This document shows positions 28,500 through 43,473 of a stretch of 64,000 bases of DNA, one piece after another. The notes beneath the pieces are model-generated. The model was given only the letters and a program-made list of their open reading frames with translations. It was not told where the DNA came from and ran no database searches. Position 1 is the stretch's first letter; each line of letters starts with the position of its first letter. The translations under genes and the position numbers were made by a program. Source of the DNA: the human T2T-CHM13v2.0 reference genome, Homo sapiens; NCBI RefSeq assembly GCF_009914755.1, contig NC_060927.1; one strand, 5' to 3'.

Positions 28500-29605
28500 G
28501 TGATACCTCTGCTTGCATATCTAATAGATATTTAGATTCAAAATACCCAGAGTTAAACAATTATCTTCCCCTTCAAATGGGCTCCACCTGCAAGCCTGTC
28601 CCATCTCAGTAACGGATGACTCCAGCCCTTCTCTGAGCTTAGGGCAAAAGTCAGGATATTAATATCATCCTTTTCTCCTGTCTTATTCTCATACCACCCA
28701 TCAAAAATATCTACACACCCTGTGCCAGCTCCCATCACCACTCACCTTGATAGCTGTGCAAGCCTCATAACTGGTCTTCTGCATCCAAGTTTGACTCCCT
28801 ACAGTCTGAGAGGCACACTCTATATCCAAAGAGCATCCAGAATCATTCTTTGAAATGTTGAGTCAAAAAGGGGGCAGCACAAAGGACTTTTCTGGAATGA
28901 TGTAGTGACGATATGACTTGAATATGAACCTTTACTAAAGATCACAGAAATGTACATGAATAAGAGAATTTTACTGTCCAGTAAAAAGGAAAATTACTGT
29001 ACAAGAAAAAAAAAGGCAAATGAGGCCACGGAAGTTCTCTGCTCAAAAACCCAAAAACCTATATTGTACATGCTGAAGTTGCCACATGACCCGATTCTCT
29101 ATTACTGCTTTAACTTCATCTTCTAGTACTTTCACTTCCTCTGCTCACTTTGTCCCAGCCACACTGTCCCTGCCCCCTTGCTGCTATTCATACAATTTAG
29201 GCATGGTCCTCCCTTAGTGACCTGGCACTGGCTGTTCCCTTTACCTGGAATCCCTCTTCCCCTGCCATTTGTGAAGTTAATACTCTCCACTCTATCTCTT
29301 GCACAAACATCACATTCCTAATTAAGCCCTACTGAAACCTGCCATTCATCTCCCATCAGCATACCCAATACCCCTTACCTTGCTCTATTTTTCCTTTTCC
29401 ATTCACAGGCATTATCATTTTCAGATATACCATATAACTCACTTACTAATACTTTGCGGTCCTTATCTAACTCTCCCTTACTGACCTCCAGCTAGAATCT
29501 TAAACTCCTTGAGAACAACAATTTTCCTTCCAATCCTGAATATATTCCTGACACTTAGAAAAGTGCCAGGAACATAGTAGATGTTTGATAAATATCTTTT
29601 GAAAA
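28500..29605 (+). mobile_element. L2 LINE fragments
   Basis: ccatctcagtaacgg..., ctggctgttccctttacctggaatccctcttcccc, ending aaagtgccaggaacatagtagatgtttgataaata. Confidence 0.6.
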
Positions 29606-30552
29606 AAAGTGTACACAACTGGAACCTAGTGTATGTCAGGCATTGCACTAGCCCCTATGGTAGATTCAACATGTAAAATGACTGTTATTTTGTTAAATAA
29701 ATGGGTTGGCCTACATAATCCCCCAGTCCTCTCTAGCTCATAAATGCATTCCAAGTGAGTGTTTTAGACATGATTATAGGCTGTACTTGAATGTAAGCGC
29801 CCTGAAGGCAAGGATTTTAGGCTGCTTTCCAGCTACTGCATTCCCTGCCCTAGAACAGTACATGGCATAGAGAAGCATGAAATATTTAGTGAATGAGTAA
29901 GCTCCCTGTGAACAAGGAATAAGAGTCTTGTATGTGTTATGTTTCTGATTCTACCCAGCACATAGGAAGAGCACCAGGCACGTGGGAGAGGCTCGGCCCT
30001 GGTTATGTACTCTACCTAGTCTCCTCATGGTTGGTTCAAAAAAATCACAGTTAGCAACAATATGCACAGGCCTTCCTCAATATTCTCAGGAGTAGTAATG
30101 GAGAGGATGATTTTAAACATGCTGCATAAGCGCTTTACTTCAGGTGGCAGCTCTTTGGAATTCCTATTAGGTGCATCACATCAAAGAGCGGCTCTCTGAT
30201 GTTGACATGCCTGACGATTCTGAGTACAAAATCCAGGTCAAATAAGACTTCTGTTGAAAGCAAGCTTCTCCAGAGAAATTGCAGGGATTTCCCTTTGCAT
30301 CCTGGTTACTTCAATTCTCTGTCTTGAACTTTACACCAAGGCCACTACGACCCCAAAGCCTCATGGAAGTCACCTCAGCAGTCATCTACTCCAATCACCT
30401 CTGACTGGCCATGACTGTTAAAGGTTTTGCTTCCATGAATGTGTGTTTTCCAAAGATACATACGCCACATCAGCAAATGAACGCTGACATGAGACATGAC
30501 TTCTCCTTCTACAACTTCTAGAATTACAGGTATCATTGTCACACCAGTCCAT

Positions 30553-30848
30553 CAGCACTGTGCAACACAGACACAATGTAAACCACATATATGATTTTAA
30601 GTTACGTAATGTTAAAAATAAGTCAAACCAAACAAGTGAAATGCACTTAATAGTGTATTTTCTCTAACCCAATATATCCAAACTACTGTAATTTCAACAT
30701 GAAATCAATAAAAAATTATTAATGAGATATTTTGCCTTTTATCTCTCATACTAAGTCTTCAAAATTGGGGTCCACTTTACACTGACCACATATCTCAATG
30801 GCCCCAACAGTCACATGTGGCTAGTGACCACTGACCTGGACAGTGTGA
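30553..30848. mobile_element. MER33-like hAT-Charlie element
   Basis: cagcactgtgcaac...taacccaatatatccaaa...atactaagtcttcaaaat...cacatgtggctagtgaccac...ggacagtg. Confidence 0.7.
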
Positions 30849-31845
30849 GTCCAGATGTCAAGCACCTTCTCTCCCAAGTTGTTATTGCTGCTCTTAGATT
30901 TACACTATTTAAGGATCTTAGAACTGATTTTGAAAGTCTTCTAACCTATGATGACACTACTTTCATTACTCTCAGCACCAAAACATGCGTCTTGCAAGAC
31001 AGCTGAATGAAGCTATGTTACAGTGGGAGAGGGCTGCTAACCAGGATAGAGTTACCCTGTCTCTCAGAGTCACAAATAATATATTTGTTTCTCTAATCTC
31101 TAACTAGAACCCCATTTTGTTGAATTCCAGTGACATTCCTAAGATTCTAAGAATGATATTTCTTACTGACAGCAGGGAAATGGGAACTAACTACAAGGTT
31201 TTTTTTTTAAACAGCTCTGCCAACACCACTACCAAAAGATAAACTGAACAGCAACAGAAAGGAGGTTGAAAGCAGGAGAAAGTTCAAGTACAATCACCTT
31301 CTCACTATAAACTGCACTCCCATGGACCAGCTCTTAGTGTTTGAACAGGTACAAAATGAGGCTGAAGAAGAATAGGGCTCTTTAAGGACTCAAAGGAATG
31401 ATCTAACCAAGTTTTAAATGAAGAAGAACTAAAGAACACATTCAGGTTAGGTGCTAATTCACCAGGTGAAAGTTGTTTTGAAAATCTATACTAAGAAAAG
31501 CTCTGTCATTTTCTCCCTGAAGATGAGATTGTGACCTCTACTAGTCTTTCAAAGGTGAAACAGATCACAAGAATATGAAAGGCAGTTCAATCTGGAGAAC
31601 TTTCCACAGTGACAGTGGTGTGAAGTTCATAGCAATAAAATAATAATTAACACATCACAGCACATCCAGACTCTGACATTCTCTACCCCTATTTCCATTA
31701 GTCAGGGCCTCAAAAATCTACTCTTGAAAAAAAAAAAAAAAAAAAAAGGCAAACTGGCTTAAAGTGAATTTTTTTCCTTTCCATGGAAGGTTGTTATCAA
31801 GCATTGCCCAGCCTACAGAATGAGCTACTTTGGCCTAATTCTGAC

Positions 31846-31858
31846 AGCTGACTCAGCA
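31846..31858. promoter_or_regulatory. Near-perfect T-MARE / ARE (AP-1 core) motif
   Basis: aGCTGACTCAGCA matches the Maf site TGCTGACTCAGCA at 12/13 positions. Confidence 0.35.
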
Positions 31859-32649
31859 GAGACCAGTTGGAACAATGGTTTTCAGGAGGCCAATGCTGGA
31901 ATTGGTGAGGCTCTGACAGTACCCTGCCAAAGTCAGCAATTTCTTTAAAATAGGGTCAGCTTATAGGAACCCAGATGCTATATCTATTGGCCTGGTTTCT
32001 TGGAGAAAGAAAAAAACCAGACTACAACATACCCACTATCCTAAAAACAGCCAAGACACAACTGGCAGCAACCTCAGTAGACCTGAGCGATAAGCAGTGT
32101 TTGACACAAAGCTGGGAAGCCATTGATTTACTTAGCAATTACTCAAAGATTTCACATTCAAGTGGACGAGAAACCTAGGAACAAGACACAGGTCACAGCT
32201 CTTTTGGCCTTTGAAAAAACATATAAAAGCAGAAGGAAGGAAGCAAGTACAACACATCCTCACATCTTTATGCCCTCAGTCTACCTAAAAATAAATTTGA
32301 AGTGTGTGGTACAAAGATTATCAATGACTACAGCACTAAAATAAATGGAAAATGTAATAAAGATATAGTTCAACAAACATTTCTAGATTCAGGATAGTGC
32401 CTCGCAAAACTATATTTGTGATATTCTTGCCAAGTCAAGTATAACAGTACTCATTTTTATCTCATTCATTTATCCATTCGACCAGTTCATTTAAATCTTT
32501 CTTGTACCAGGTACTGCGCTAGACACTGGTGCTATAATGGGAAACTGAACCCAACAAGGACCCGCATTCAGGGACCTTCATATCCATTGTGAGAAAGGCA
32601 GACGGGCCAAATTGATTCACCTAAGTCAGTAAGACTTATTGATGTGTAA

Positions 32650-32850
32650 TAAGAACTACCATTCAGTGAATGCCTATCATGTTTCAGGTTCTATGTGAGG
32701 GACTCATTTAATCCTAACAACATCAGCAATTAGTCATTAAGACCATTTATAGATGAGGTAACTGAGCCTTACAGAGGTCAAATGATTTGCCAGGGTCATT
32801 CAGACAGTCAAGGACAGAGCCAAGATATAAACCCAGATCTGTCCAACTCC
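32650..32850 (-). mobile_element. MIR
   Basis: ccatttatagatgaggtaactgagcc...cagaggtcaaatgatttgccagggtca. Confidence 0.7.
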
Positions 32851-32959
32851 TATCATAAGCTTAATGTCTGAAAATAAGATATCATCTTGGTATTAAAAGA
32901 ATCAGGCAAATCAATGGTGAGCAGGACTGACTGACAGCTTGTGCAATGCATTAAAATGT

Positions 32960-34200
<1,241 letters not shown>

Positions 34201-34805
34201 ACAATTTGCTTCAACAAATGTGATTTGAATGACAGAAATTAAACACAAAGATACACAAAAATACTAAATACACAAAATACTAAATACACAAAAATATACA
34301 AAGATACACAAAAATACTAAAATTTTGCCTAAAGCCATCCCAAACTACAAGACGTATTCTTAATGACAAAATGTTGGAACATGAACAATTTCAAATTGGC
34401 AAGTAACAGATTTTTTTTTTTTAACACCTTCTCACTAGTTGGCAAGCAGAACAGTTCGCTCCAATATCTTCATTCTGCATTCTGGAAAATGCAAACAGGG
34501 CACAGGGAAGCTTCTGGTATGGGCGAATGAAGGTTTCTCCTTAGCCTGTAACAGGTCACAAAAGCTGATGCACAGTTTTTCTTCACAGGAGAAGCTAAAA
34601 TTTCCCAAAGGCTTGCTGCTTTCCCATTATGGAAGAGGCACTGTAAGAACAACCTGGTGAATTGCCCCGAGATCCCTAACTATTGCTGTGTGAGGGCTTT
34701 GCTTTTGAGGTTGGGGTTGCAGCTCATTTGAAATCTTTGACATTCCCCAATAAGATATTGCTGGGCCCAAGACTTTGCTACTTTTTTCTTAATGCCATTG
34801 GGATA

Positions 34806-35475
34806 CAGATGCTCCTCGACTCACTTTGGAGTTATGTCCCAATAAACCACTGGTTTACTGGGAACACACCTAACCTACTGAACATCATAGCTTAGGCTGG
34901 CCTATCTTAAACGTGCTCAAAACATTTACATTAGCCTAGAGCTGGGCAAAATCATCTAACACAAAGCCTATTTTATAACAAAGTGTTGAATATCACATGT
35001 AATTTATTGAATACTGTACTGAAAGTAAAAAACAGAACAGTTGTGTGGATACTCGAAGTACGGTGTCTACTGAATACATATGGCATTTCTTTGCCATTTT
35101 ATTTTATTATTACTTTTTTCTTTTTTTTTTTTTTTTTTTTTTGAGACAGGGTCTCGCTCTGTCGCCCAGGCTGGAGTGCACTGGTGCAATCTCAGCTCAC
35201 TGCAACCCCTACCTCCTGGGCTTCCACCTCCCAGCTTCCACCTCTCAAGTAGCTAGGACTACAGGCACATGCCACCATGCCCAGCTAATTGTTCTATTTT
35301 TTTGTAGAGATGAGGTTTCACCATGTTGCCCAGGCTGGTCTCAAACTCCTGAGCTCAAGCAATCCACCCGCCTTGGTCTCCCAAAGTGCTAAGATTACAG
35401 ACGTGAACCAAGGTGCCCAGCCTACTTTACCATTTTAAAGTTGAGAGATTGAGTTGTAACTCGACCGACCAGCTG
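34806..35475. mobile_element. MER47A-like Tigger MITE interrupted by an Alu
   Basis: TA|cagatgctcctcgact ... gaccagctg|TA; internal acacctaacctactgaacatcatagcttag...gggcaaaatcatctaacacaaagcctattttataa. Confidence 0.8.
35101..35422 (-). mobile_element. AluJ, full length
   Basis: Reverse-complement Alu with long T run; TSD ctttgccatttt / ctttaccatttt. Confidence 0.93.
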
Positions 35476-36959
35476 TATTAACCACACCCTCCCTCCCTTC
35501 TTCGCATTACAACACAATGAAACAACAGAAGCACTCAATCAGGGAGTAATTCTACAAAATGTATGGCAAGCCTGAGAGAAGCTCAACTTCCCAGTGTTGG
35601 GATCCATCTGGATCTCAATTCTCCAGCACACATTTGGTTCTTTTCCCAAGGCTCTAGAGCCTATTCTCCGGCTTTCCTTAGAGGCTCCTTTTCTGAACAG
35701 CCCCAAATCGCTGGCTCATCTGCCTACCAAAGACTCGCTAAAAACCCATATTACAAGCAATTCAAAGCATGAAATGAAAATTGATGCTTTCAACTCCTGT
35801 AACGATGAAAACGGGAAGCTGCCGGAAACTCTATGCTCCTTTATTTTCCAAGAATATAGATAGCCTTCCAAGAATATAGATAGTCAGTTTTCAAGAATAG
35901 AGATAGCAGCATGTTATATGAGATAAGAACTTGCTCTAAGGGTGAAGCATTCCTCCCTAAATTTGACCCCATTAAGGTGGAGCGTTTGCATTCAAAGGCA
36001 AGTCTGGTAGGGGTGTATTAATAACAAAAAGAAAAAATGCTACCTTCAGAATCAACACTGACCAAAGATGACAAACTACTCCCCATATGTAAAAGGCACA
36101 TTAAAACAATGAGTGACTATGCCCTTCAGTGTGAATCAAATCACATTTTTCAATCTAGGCAATGTAGATGAAAGTCTCACTACTCTAATGGTGAGATGGG
36201 CAGTTCAAATTCTATCTCTGTGCAGGTTAAGTATCTGTAAAATGAGAGGATTGAACAGAAATAACATCTCTGAGTTCTCTTGCAATATTATGTTCTATAG
36301 TTCTAGGACTTAAGGAAGTACAAAGGGCAATGTACTGTCTGTCATTCTCTACTAAAATAAAAGTTCCCCAAGGGAAAGAAGTGTTAATTATTGTACCCTT
36401 GGTACCTTGCAGAGTGCTTGGCATATACAACATGCTCAATAAATTTTTATTGAACGAATGATGAATGATAGTAGAGTCAGGATAAGTTTGCCTGGCTCCA
36501 TCATTTGATTATCGGGTTCCGTAATTAAGAAATAAATATTTATATACCTAAATTGTGACTTCACAACAGACGCTAGGAACACAAAAATGTATGAGACACT
36601 GAAGTTATCCTTAAACTTATATTCTAGATAGTGAAACAAGAAATGTTAGCTTAAGAAGAGAACCATCTAGGAAGTAAAGAGTTTTCTAATGTTGTTAGGT
36701 TCAGAGCAGGGATAGGTCAGAGTAAACAGTTTACAGTATGCATGGACGGCTTCCTGCAGTATGTGGACAGAAAACTGGGGAGACAGGAAACTTGAATAGT
36801 TGAAAATGATTTAAAATGATGGCAAGAAGGATTCATTTCCTTACAATGGGGCAGTGAAATAAGGTGCTTCTATATTTTTATATATTAACAAGATACTATG
36901 AAAACAGATTCAAACTTAAACACGCTGTTTTGGACAATCACTTAGGCCACTCCCAGGCT

Positions 36960-38015
36960 TATAGATCCCACACTCTGCTGGACAGCCCACTTGCATGCCC
37001 CTTGTGACTTTCCCGTCTACTAAGTCACCCTTCCTAGGACCATGCATGTCATCTTGGACCTCTTCCTCTCCCTTGCACTTCCTGCTCCAGTATTCACCAA
37101 GTCCTTTCTCTCCCTAAATATTTATTTATTGGGTATCTCCCCTGTCTTCCTTGCCTTAGCTTGGGCTTTTTCACTTTGACCGTAGCTTCCTTGTTGACCC
37201 CCCCTGCATTAACTTCATTCCCTAAATCAAGGGTTGGGAAATTTTTTCTGTCAAGGGTCAGATAATAAATAGAAAATAGGCTTTGGAGGCTGTGTAGTCT
37301 CTGTCACAACTACTCAACACTCCCACTGTGGCATAAAAGCAGCCATAAAAAAAAATACAATAACCAGATGACCAGGTTCCAGTAAAACTTTATTTACCAC
37401 GACATGCAGTGGGCCAAATCTGACCTCAGGACCCTACTTGAATGACCCTTGCTTTAGATGGTTGCCAGGGTGGTTTTCAAAAAAAAAAAAACAAATAGTA
37501 CCATGTGACTCTCCTAAACTCTTCCAAGACACCCATCACCTTCAGGATAAGTTCCAGGCTCCTTGGCATCTCTGTGTCCATCCCCGAGTCTGTGTCTCAT
37601 AACTCTTAAAATTGCACACTCAACGATCCATGACTTAATCCCTTCCCAGAAACACCAGCCTCTTATGACTTGATATACACATGGTTGCGTCCTCTTCCAG
37701 GAATGTCTTCATTTCCTCTGAAAAACTCCCATCCAGCCTTTAAAACGCATCACCAGTGTCTCCTCTACTATGAAATCTTCCCTGACCTGAATTCTAGACA
37801 AAGTCAGGTCAGTCTCTGTGCTCCCCCAGCACCTTGACATACTTCTCTTACAACCCATGTGACGGTGGGATGTCATTGGCCATGTATGTGTCTCTCACCA
37901 CCACCAATTCCCCTGTGAGGGTAAAGCTATTCTGTACATCTTTGTATCTTTAACACCCAGCATAATATCGGGCTCATAAACATATTTGGGTCATAACAAC
38001 TATTTGTTTGATTAA
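36960..38015 (+). mobile_element. L2 LINE fragment containing a MER58 insertion
   Basis: gtcatcttggacctcttcctctccc..., ttcaggataagttccaggctccttggc..., acacccagcataatatcgggctcataaacatatttg. Confidence 0.55.
37228..37451. mobile_element. MER58A-like hAT-Charlie MITE
   Basis: caagggttgggaaattttttctgtcaagggtcagataataaata...tctctgtcacaactactcaac...tgacccttg. Confidence 0.8.
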
Positions 38016-38789
38016 TCGGTAAAAAAATCATAAAGATTTCAACTTGGTACTCCTTTGACCTTGTATAACTGTAAAGAAATCTGAATTCACTCGGTGCTCT
38101 TAACTATCTTGGTTGTGCCAACTATTTTAATTCAACACTTGCTATTAAAACTTGTCCAAATGTCAGAATAAACTGTTCTTTCTGAGGATGATATAATTCA
38201 AAATTTCCCCTTTTAAAGGAGATGTACTTTAAAACTGCTACTTAGCTGTCCCCCCCATTCGTCTTTAATTAGCTGCTTGAATAATGCTGAATATATTACA
38301 TCCTTGCAGAGAGCTAAGTCCTCAAGCAATTAGTCTGTCCTACCAAATGTGACCTACATCACTACTGTGCCCAGGATAGGCAAACCTTCACAGGACAGGA
38401 TAAATTCCTACATCTTCCAGAATCTAGACAGAGCCTCTAAGGCCAAAGGAAACATGAACTTGCGGTAAAGACTATAAAAAGTCCATGTTTTTTCACCTAT
38501 CAAACCAGCAAAACTTTAAGAAACAAGAGAATGAACACGCTTACACATGCTGATGAGAATGTAAATTATATAATTCTTTTAGTGGAACAATTTGGGAGTT
38601 TTTCAAATCCTAAAATGTGCATTCTCTTTAACTCAGTGATGCCACTCTCAGGAGTTTAACTTACAGAAGAATTCACAATACACACAAAGCTACGTGTGCA
38701 AGGATGTTCCTTTCATCACCGCTTCCATCATTCAAAAACTGGGGAATGTTGGGCTAAATCATGGTACAGCAAAATTTTCCATGAACTCC

Positions 38790-39810
38790 ACCATCTACAA
38801 CCACTGACTTCTTGAGAGTCCTGACTGTCAAGCTCACTATGTCCAAAATGAAACTCCTGATCTTAAACTAAGAGATGACCCACCCCCGCCTGGTGTCCCC
38901 CATCTAGCAAATGACTATTCTGTCCTTCCAGTTGTTCATGTTAAAAAGCAAAAAACCAAAACCCTTGGAGTCATTCTCAATTCCTCTCTTTTTCTCACAC
39001 CCCTCAGGTCATCCATCAGGCATGAGTCTACTCTCAAAATATATATAACCACTTTGTACACCTCCACTACCATTACTCTGGTCTGGCCACTATAATCTCA
39101 CACCAGGATTATAGCAACTTCCTGTCATAACAACTTCCTGTCAGTGCTCTCTGCTTCCGCTCCTTCGGAAAACCTCATCCTACTACCTTCAGTGAGGCTT
39201 TGTGAATGTTCATTGGGAGCATGTTACTGCCTGGATCAAGACTCTGCAATGGCTCCTATTTCATTCTGGGTGGCGTGGTTGGTTAGGGTCTAAAATGTCT
39301 AGCATAATCTGTCATTCTTCCTTATACTCTGACCTCTCCTCCCATAGTTCTAACCCTTGTTCACTCTATTTCTGCCACTCCGGCCTCCTTGCTGTTCCTC
39401 TGAAAATGCAGGTACCAGTTCTGCCACAGGGCCTTTGCAATGGATTGGCTTTTACCCAGTTATGCACATGGCTCCTTCCCTCATGCATTCAGGTTTGTGC
39501 TTATATGTTACTTTTCCAGTGAGGTCGACCCTTGACACCTTGAAAACTCTATTTAAAAACTGCAACATGCCCAATCTCCACACTCAACCCCCTTACTCTG
39601 CTCTGCTTTTTCCCTCGTATAATGTCCCACCTTCTAATATACGAAATGATTCACTCAACTATTACATGTACTGTTTTGATTTCACCTGACTAGAACATAA
39701 ACCCTATAAGGGATCTTCATCTGTTTTGGTTGATCATATATACCAGGCAGGCAGAACACAGTTCCCAGCACATAAAGATTGTTAAATAAATACTTGTTGA
39801 ATAAATAAAT
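38790..39810 (+). mobile_element. L2 (L2a-like) 3' portion
   Basis: caagctcactatgtccaaaatgaaactcctgatc...aaacccttggagtcattctcaattcctctctt...aataaatacttgttgaataaataaat. Confidence 0.75.
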
Positions 39811-42800
39811 ATATCTTAGTGTTTCTGTGAGGACTAAATCAGCCAGCCCTAGCACATAGCAACCTAACAAAAGTAGGTTCCAATTATTATTAGAAAGAAT
39901 AAAGTAGGCATGCATCTACTGACATGGAAAGTTGCCCAGATGTAAAGACAATAAGAAAAGTCAAGTTGTAACTGAATACAAAGTGTGCAACTGAACTAGC
40001 ATGCAAAGGGGAGTTAATAGAGCATTATCAATAATACTGAAAAACTAGAAACATGCTAACAGGTCACCATCAGGGCAAGGGTTAAACATATTATACCATC
40101 TTCCCACCATACTTGGGGACATTATGTGGTTGTCACCAAGAATAAGGTAGGATATTTGTGTTACATATTAAGATGTCAATTTCAGATGGGGAAAAGAAAT
40201 TGACTTACTGACTGAACAGGAGGTAGAGTGTGATAGCATCTTCTTTGAAAGAAAAAAGAAAAAAGCTATGTGCATATATATATTAGTGCAGAAAAGTTAG
40301 GAGGGAAACAAAGGAACACACGCACATGCAGTTACTTTTGGAGAGTTGGACTTCAGAAAGAATGAGGGCTAGTGTGTAATTTTATGCTGCATTTTTCCAT
40401 TGTGCTTGACTTTTCTGCAAGCAACCAACCCAACTTTTGTTTTGCCAACCACAGTAACTTCTGGGAAAAACTTCCCATAGTGGAAAGATCTCATTTTAAC
40501 TAATCATTTTTACCTTATTCCCTATTCCCTGATCTTATTAGAAGTAAATTAAGATGGGTTCTAATACAAGCTACAGGAGGGCAGGGGGTTTTTATATTTT
40601 GTTGATGGGGCTATGATTCCCCAGTGCCTAACAAGCGCCTACCACATAGTAGGCACTCAAATATTATAAGTTATTCTCAATATAAGGTCACCTTCAGGTA
40701 AAATTAAAAGTAGTAAATTAAAAAGTCCCAAGCTAGAAAGGGATATAGCAAAAGTATCCATAAACTGGAGTGTTAAGCCTCATAAAAAGGAGTTTAAATG
40801 TTTACAGACTTTTTTTTGCTTCCCTTTCAGGTCACTATCTATAATCATGTATTTTTAAAGCAACTCTCTTTGGCATGACTCCACAATTAATGAGAAAATT
40901 ATAGCACTTACTGTCTTATAGCCAAGTTATTTCATACAGTCTTTGTCAAATTTGTAGATTCCCACTGATCTAATCTTTATTGTGGCAAAGAAATATACCC
41001 AGTGCAATAATTCAGATGCAAGGACTAGTAGATTGTGAAGGATGGGGGGGAAAGGAGATTCTTTAATCAGGCGAGCAGTATGAACTTTTCAGAACAATTC
41101 AACAGTGAGCAGAGTAGAAATCTAAATGATTTTTTACTTCCAATAGAATATAGGATAAACTATCTGGTTGGTGGAAAATAATATGTATCATTAAATACAA
41201 ACAAACTTATGTTTCATTTTCTATTTTCAAAATGATTTTTCAAGGAGTTGTACTTTTTTGCATTGCTTTGATAATTACAATAGCACTCTAGGAAACAGCC
41301 TGAACTTCATAATGACTGCATAAGGTCAAAGTTCTTAATGTGTCCATTCATTCAAGTATTTATTGAACGTGTATTACCTGCTAAGCAGTGTGCTTACGAC
41401 TAGATATAGAAATACGGGAAACATATTGATATCTCATTATATGGATATAGTTATATTGGGATATTGAAAGAGAAATAATTTAAAAATCTCCACAAACAAA
41501 AGCCTCACAGAATGGAATTAAAAGAAATATGTTTTTTTCTTTTCCTGCCCTTTCAGGTCAGATAATCATTTAAAAATCTTTTCGCTCAAGAACATTCAGC
41601 CTGATGAGTCACTTTCAAGCCCAAGACCTCCCCTTTACTCTCATGCCTCAGATCTTCTCAAACATTTTGGTAAAAGTCAGGTAACATTTTCTCCATCCTG
41701 TTTTTATTCTTGAATCTGGCCACCTATCAAAACTTTAAGGATGTCAACCGCCATGGATGAAGAAATAATAATCAGCAACAGCAGCTCAAGGACTGTATTT
41801 GAAAAATCAAAACCAAACCAGATATCTAGATGGCATCAGTCATCAACTCACTAGATTCTTGAAAAGCAAGTGGATTGAGTGCCATTTTTATCAAATGGAA
41901 TCACTTGTCAAACAGGTTTACCAATAACAAAATGGCAAATCCCAGATCCCACTATTTAGAAACATTGTTTAGTCATAATTTTCCTGAGTGTTGACATCCC
42001 AAATTAGTCATGTAAATTTACTGAAGGCCAACAGTAGCAGAAACTTGTCAACAAGACCGAGGAAGCAAAGGAAGGCAGCATCTTTACATTTTTAGTGTTT
42101 ATAACACTTCAAAAGCCTAAAAGTCATCAACAGCTGGCCTACTATCAGACACAGAGATCAGCAGAGTTACTGAATTAATGGCTGGCATTGTTGCTTTCTT
42201 CCCACCAGACATCTCAAAAAATGCTATGACAGTTTTTCTGGTGCCAGAGGGTGTCAGTATGACTGCGAGGGATGTGCTTACATTCAAATATTTGGGGTCT
42301 GATTATCAACATAAGAAATTTTTTTTTCAAAGGAAAAAACAAACATGCTGAGAAAATGGTGATTACTAAATGAACAGAATTTTGTTATGCAAATACAGTT
42401 GCAAAGAAAAAGAAATATCTGCAGTATTCTGATGGGGGGGTGTCTTTTGATTTAGCTTTTTCTATTACTATCAACTCTATATTTACTTTCAGCTTTAGAA
42501 ACCCTTTTACCTTCAGTGCTCAGTGTCTCCCAAATTCTATTCCATGCAAGCCTAATAAGCCAACATCAGAATAATGCATGGGTCTGTGTATTTATTTATT
42601 GAAATCATTAAACAGGCAGTTTCAGTCGGTATCACATCACCTGCTTTATATTACGCAGCACAGGGTCAAAGAGAAATTACAATTAAATTTTTCAATAACT
42701 GGTGTCAATTAAGCACGGTGTTTAGCTCCTTTGTAAATATGGAGATCTTATTCTCTCTGTCTTCTTTTTCCACTCCTCTACCCCCATCCATATGCCAAGA

Positions 42801-43449
42801 ATGAATAGAAAACAAGGGGAAAGGAGAGGCTGCCTCATCAGAAGCCTTTGCTAGATGTGTCTTAGTAAAATCAGCTATAGTCATTACTTCTATGGCACCA
42901 TTAATTCATGGGCATAGTTTCTGTTCTTATACACAAGAATGTCAAAGATCCATACAACTGTTTATCACAAAAACAGTCTTGGGTATCAAACGTATAGGTT
43001 CAAAGAGCTCCTTTCTGTTAATAAAGCCCATGTGAAACTGTTTTGCCACAAGCTTTTAGAGAATCTAGACTCAGGGTTGGTAGTTCCAGTGGACACACCA
43101 GGGGCCACCTCACAAATTGCCTCTTCTGGCCACAGTTAAACTGAAGAGGCAGTGAGGCTCTAGTCTCCCCTGGGGGTGGTTTCATATCAAACACACATGC
43201 CCATGCTTTTGCTCAGCAAGGATCGGGAGAGGAGCCTCAAGTCTAATCATAGGAACAGACCGATTTAAGAGCCATAATTGAGTAAAAAGAATAACGGACC
43301 GATTCCACGTCTCTCTAGCACAAACACAACAAATCCAAACACCAAACCTCAAGCATCTTTTTAAACACAGAAATACAACTTGAAATATACAGCCTAAGAA
43401 AGAAACTACATGGGGAAGCAAATGGGTAAGCTTCCGTTTTTAACTCTCT

Positions 43450-43473
43450 GGGGTGGGTAGGGTGGGGGTGGGG
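43450..43473 (+). other. G-quadruplex motif
   Basis: GGGGTGGGTAGGGTGGGGGTGGGG: five G-runs with 1-2 nt loops. Confidence 0.6.
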
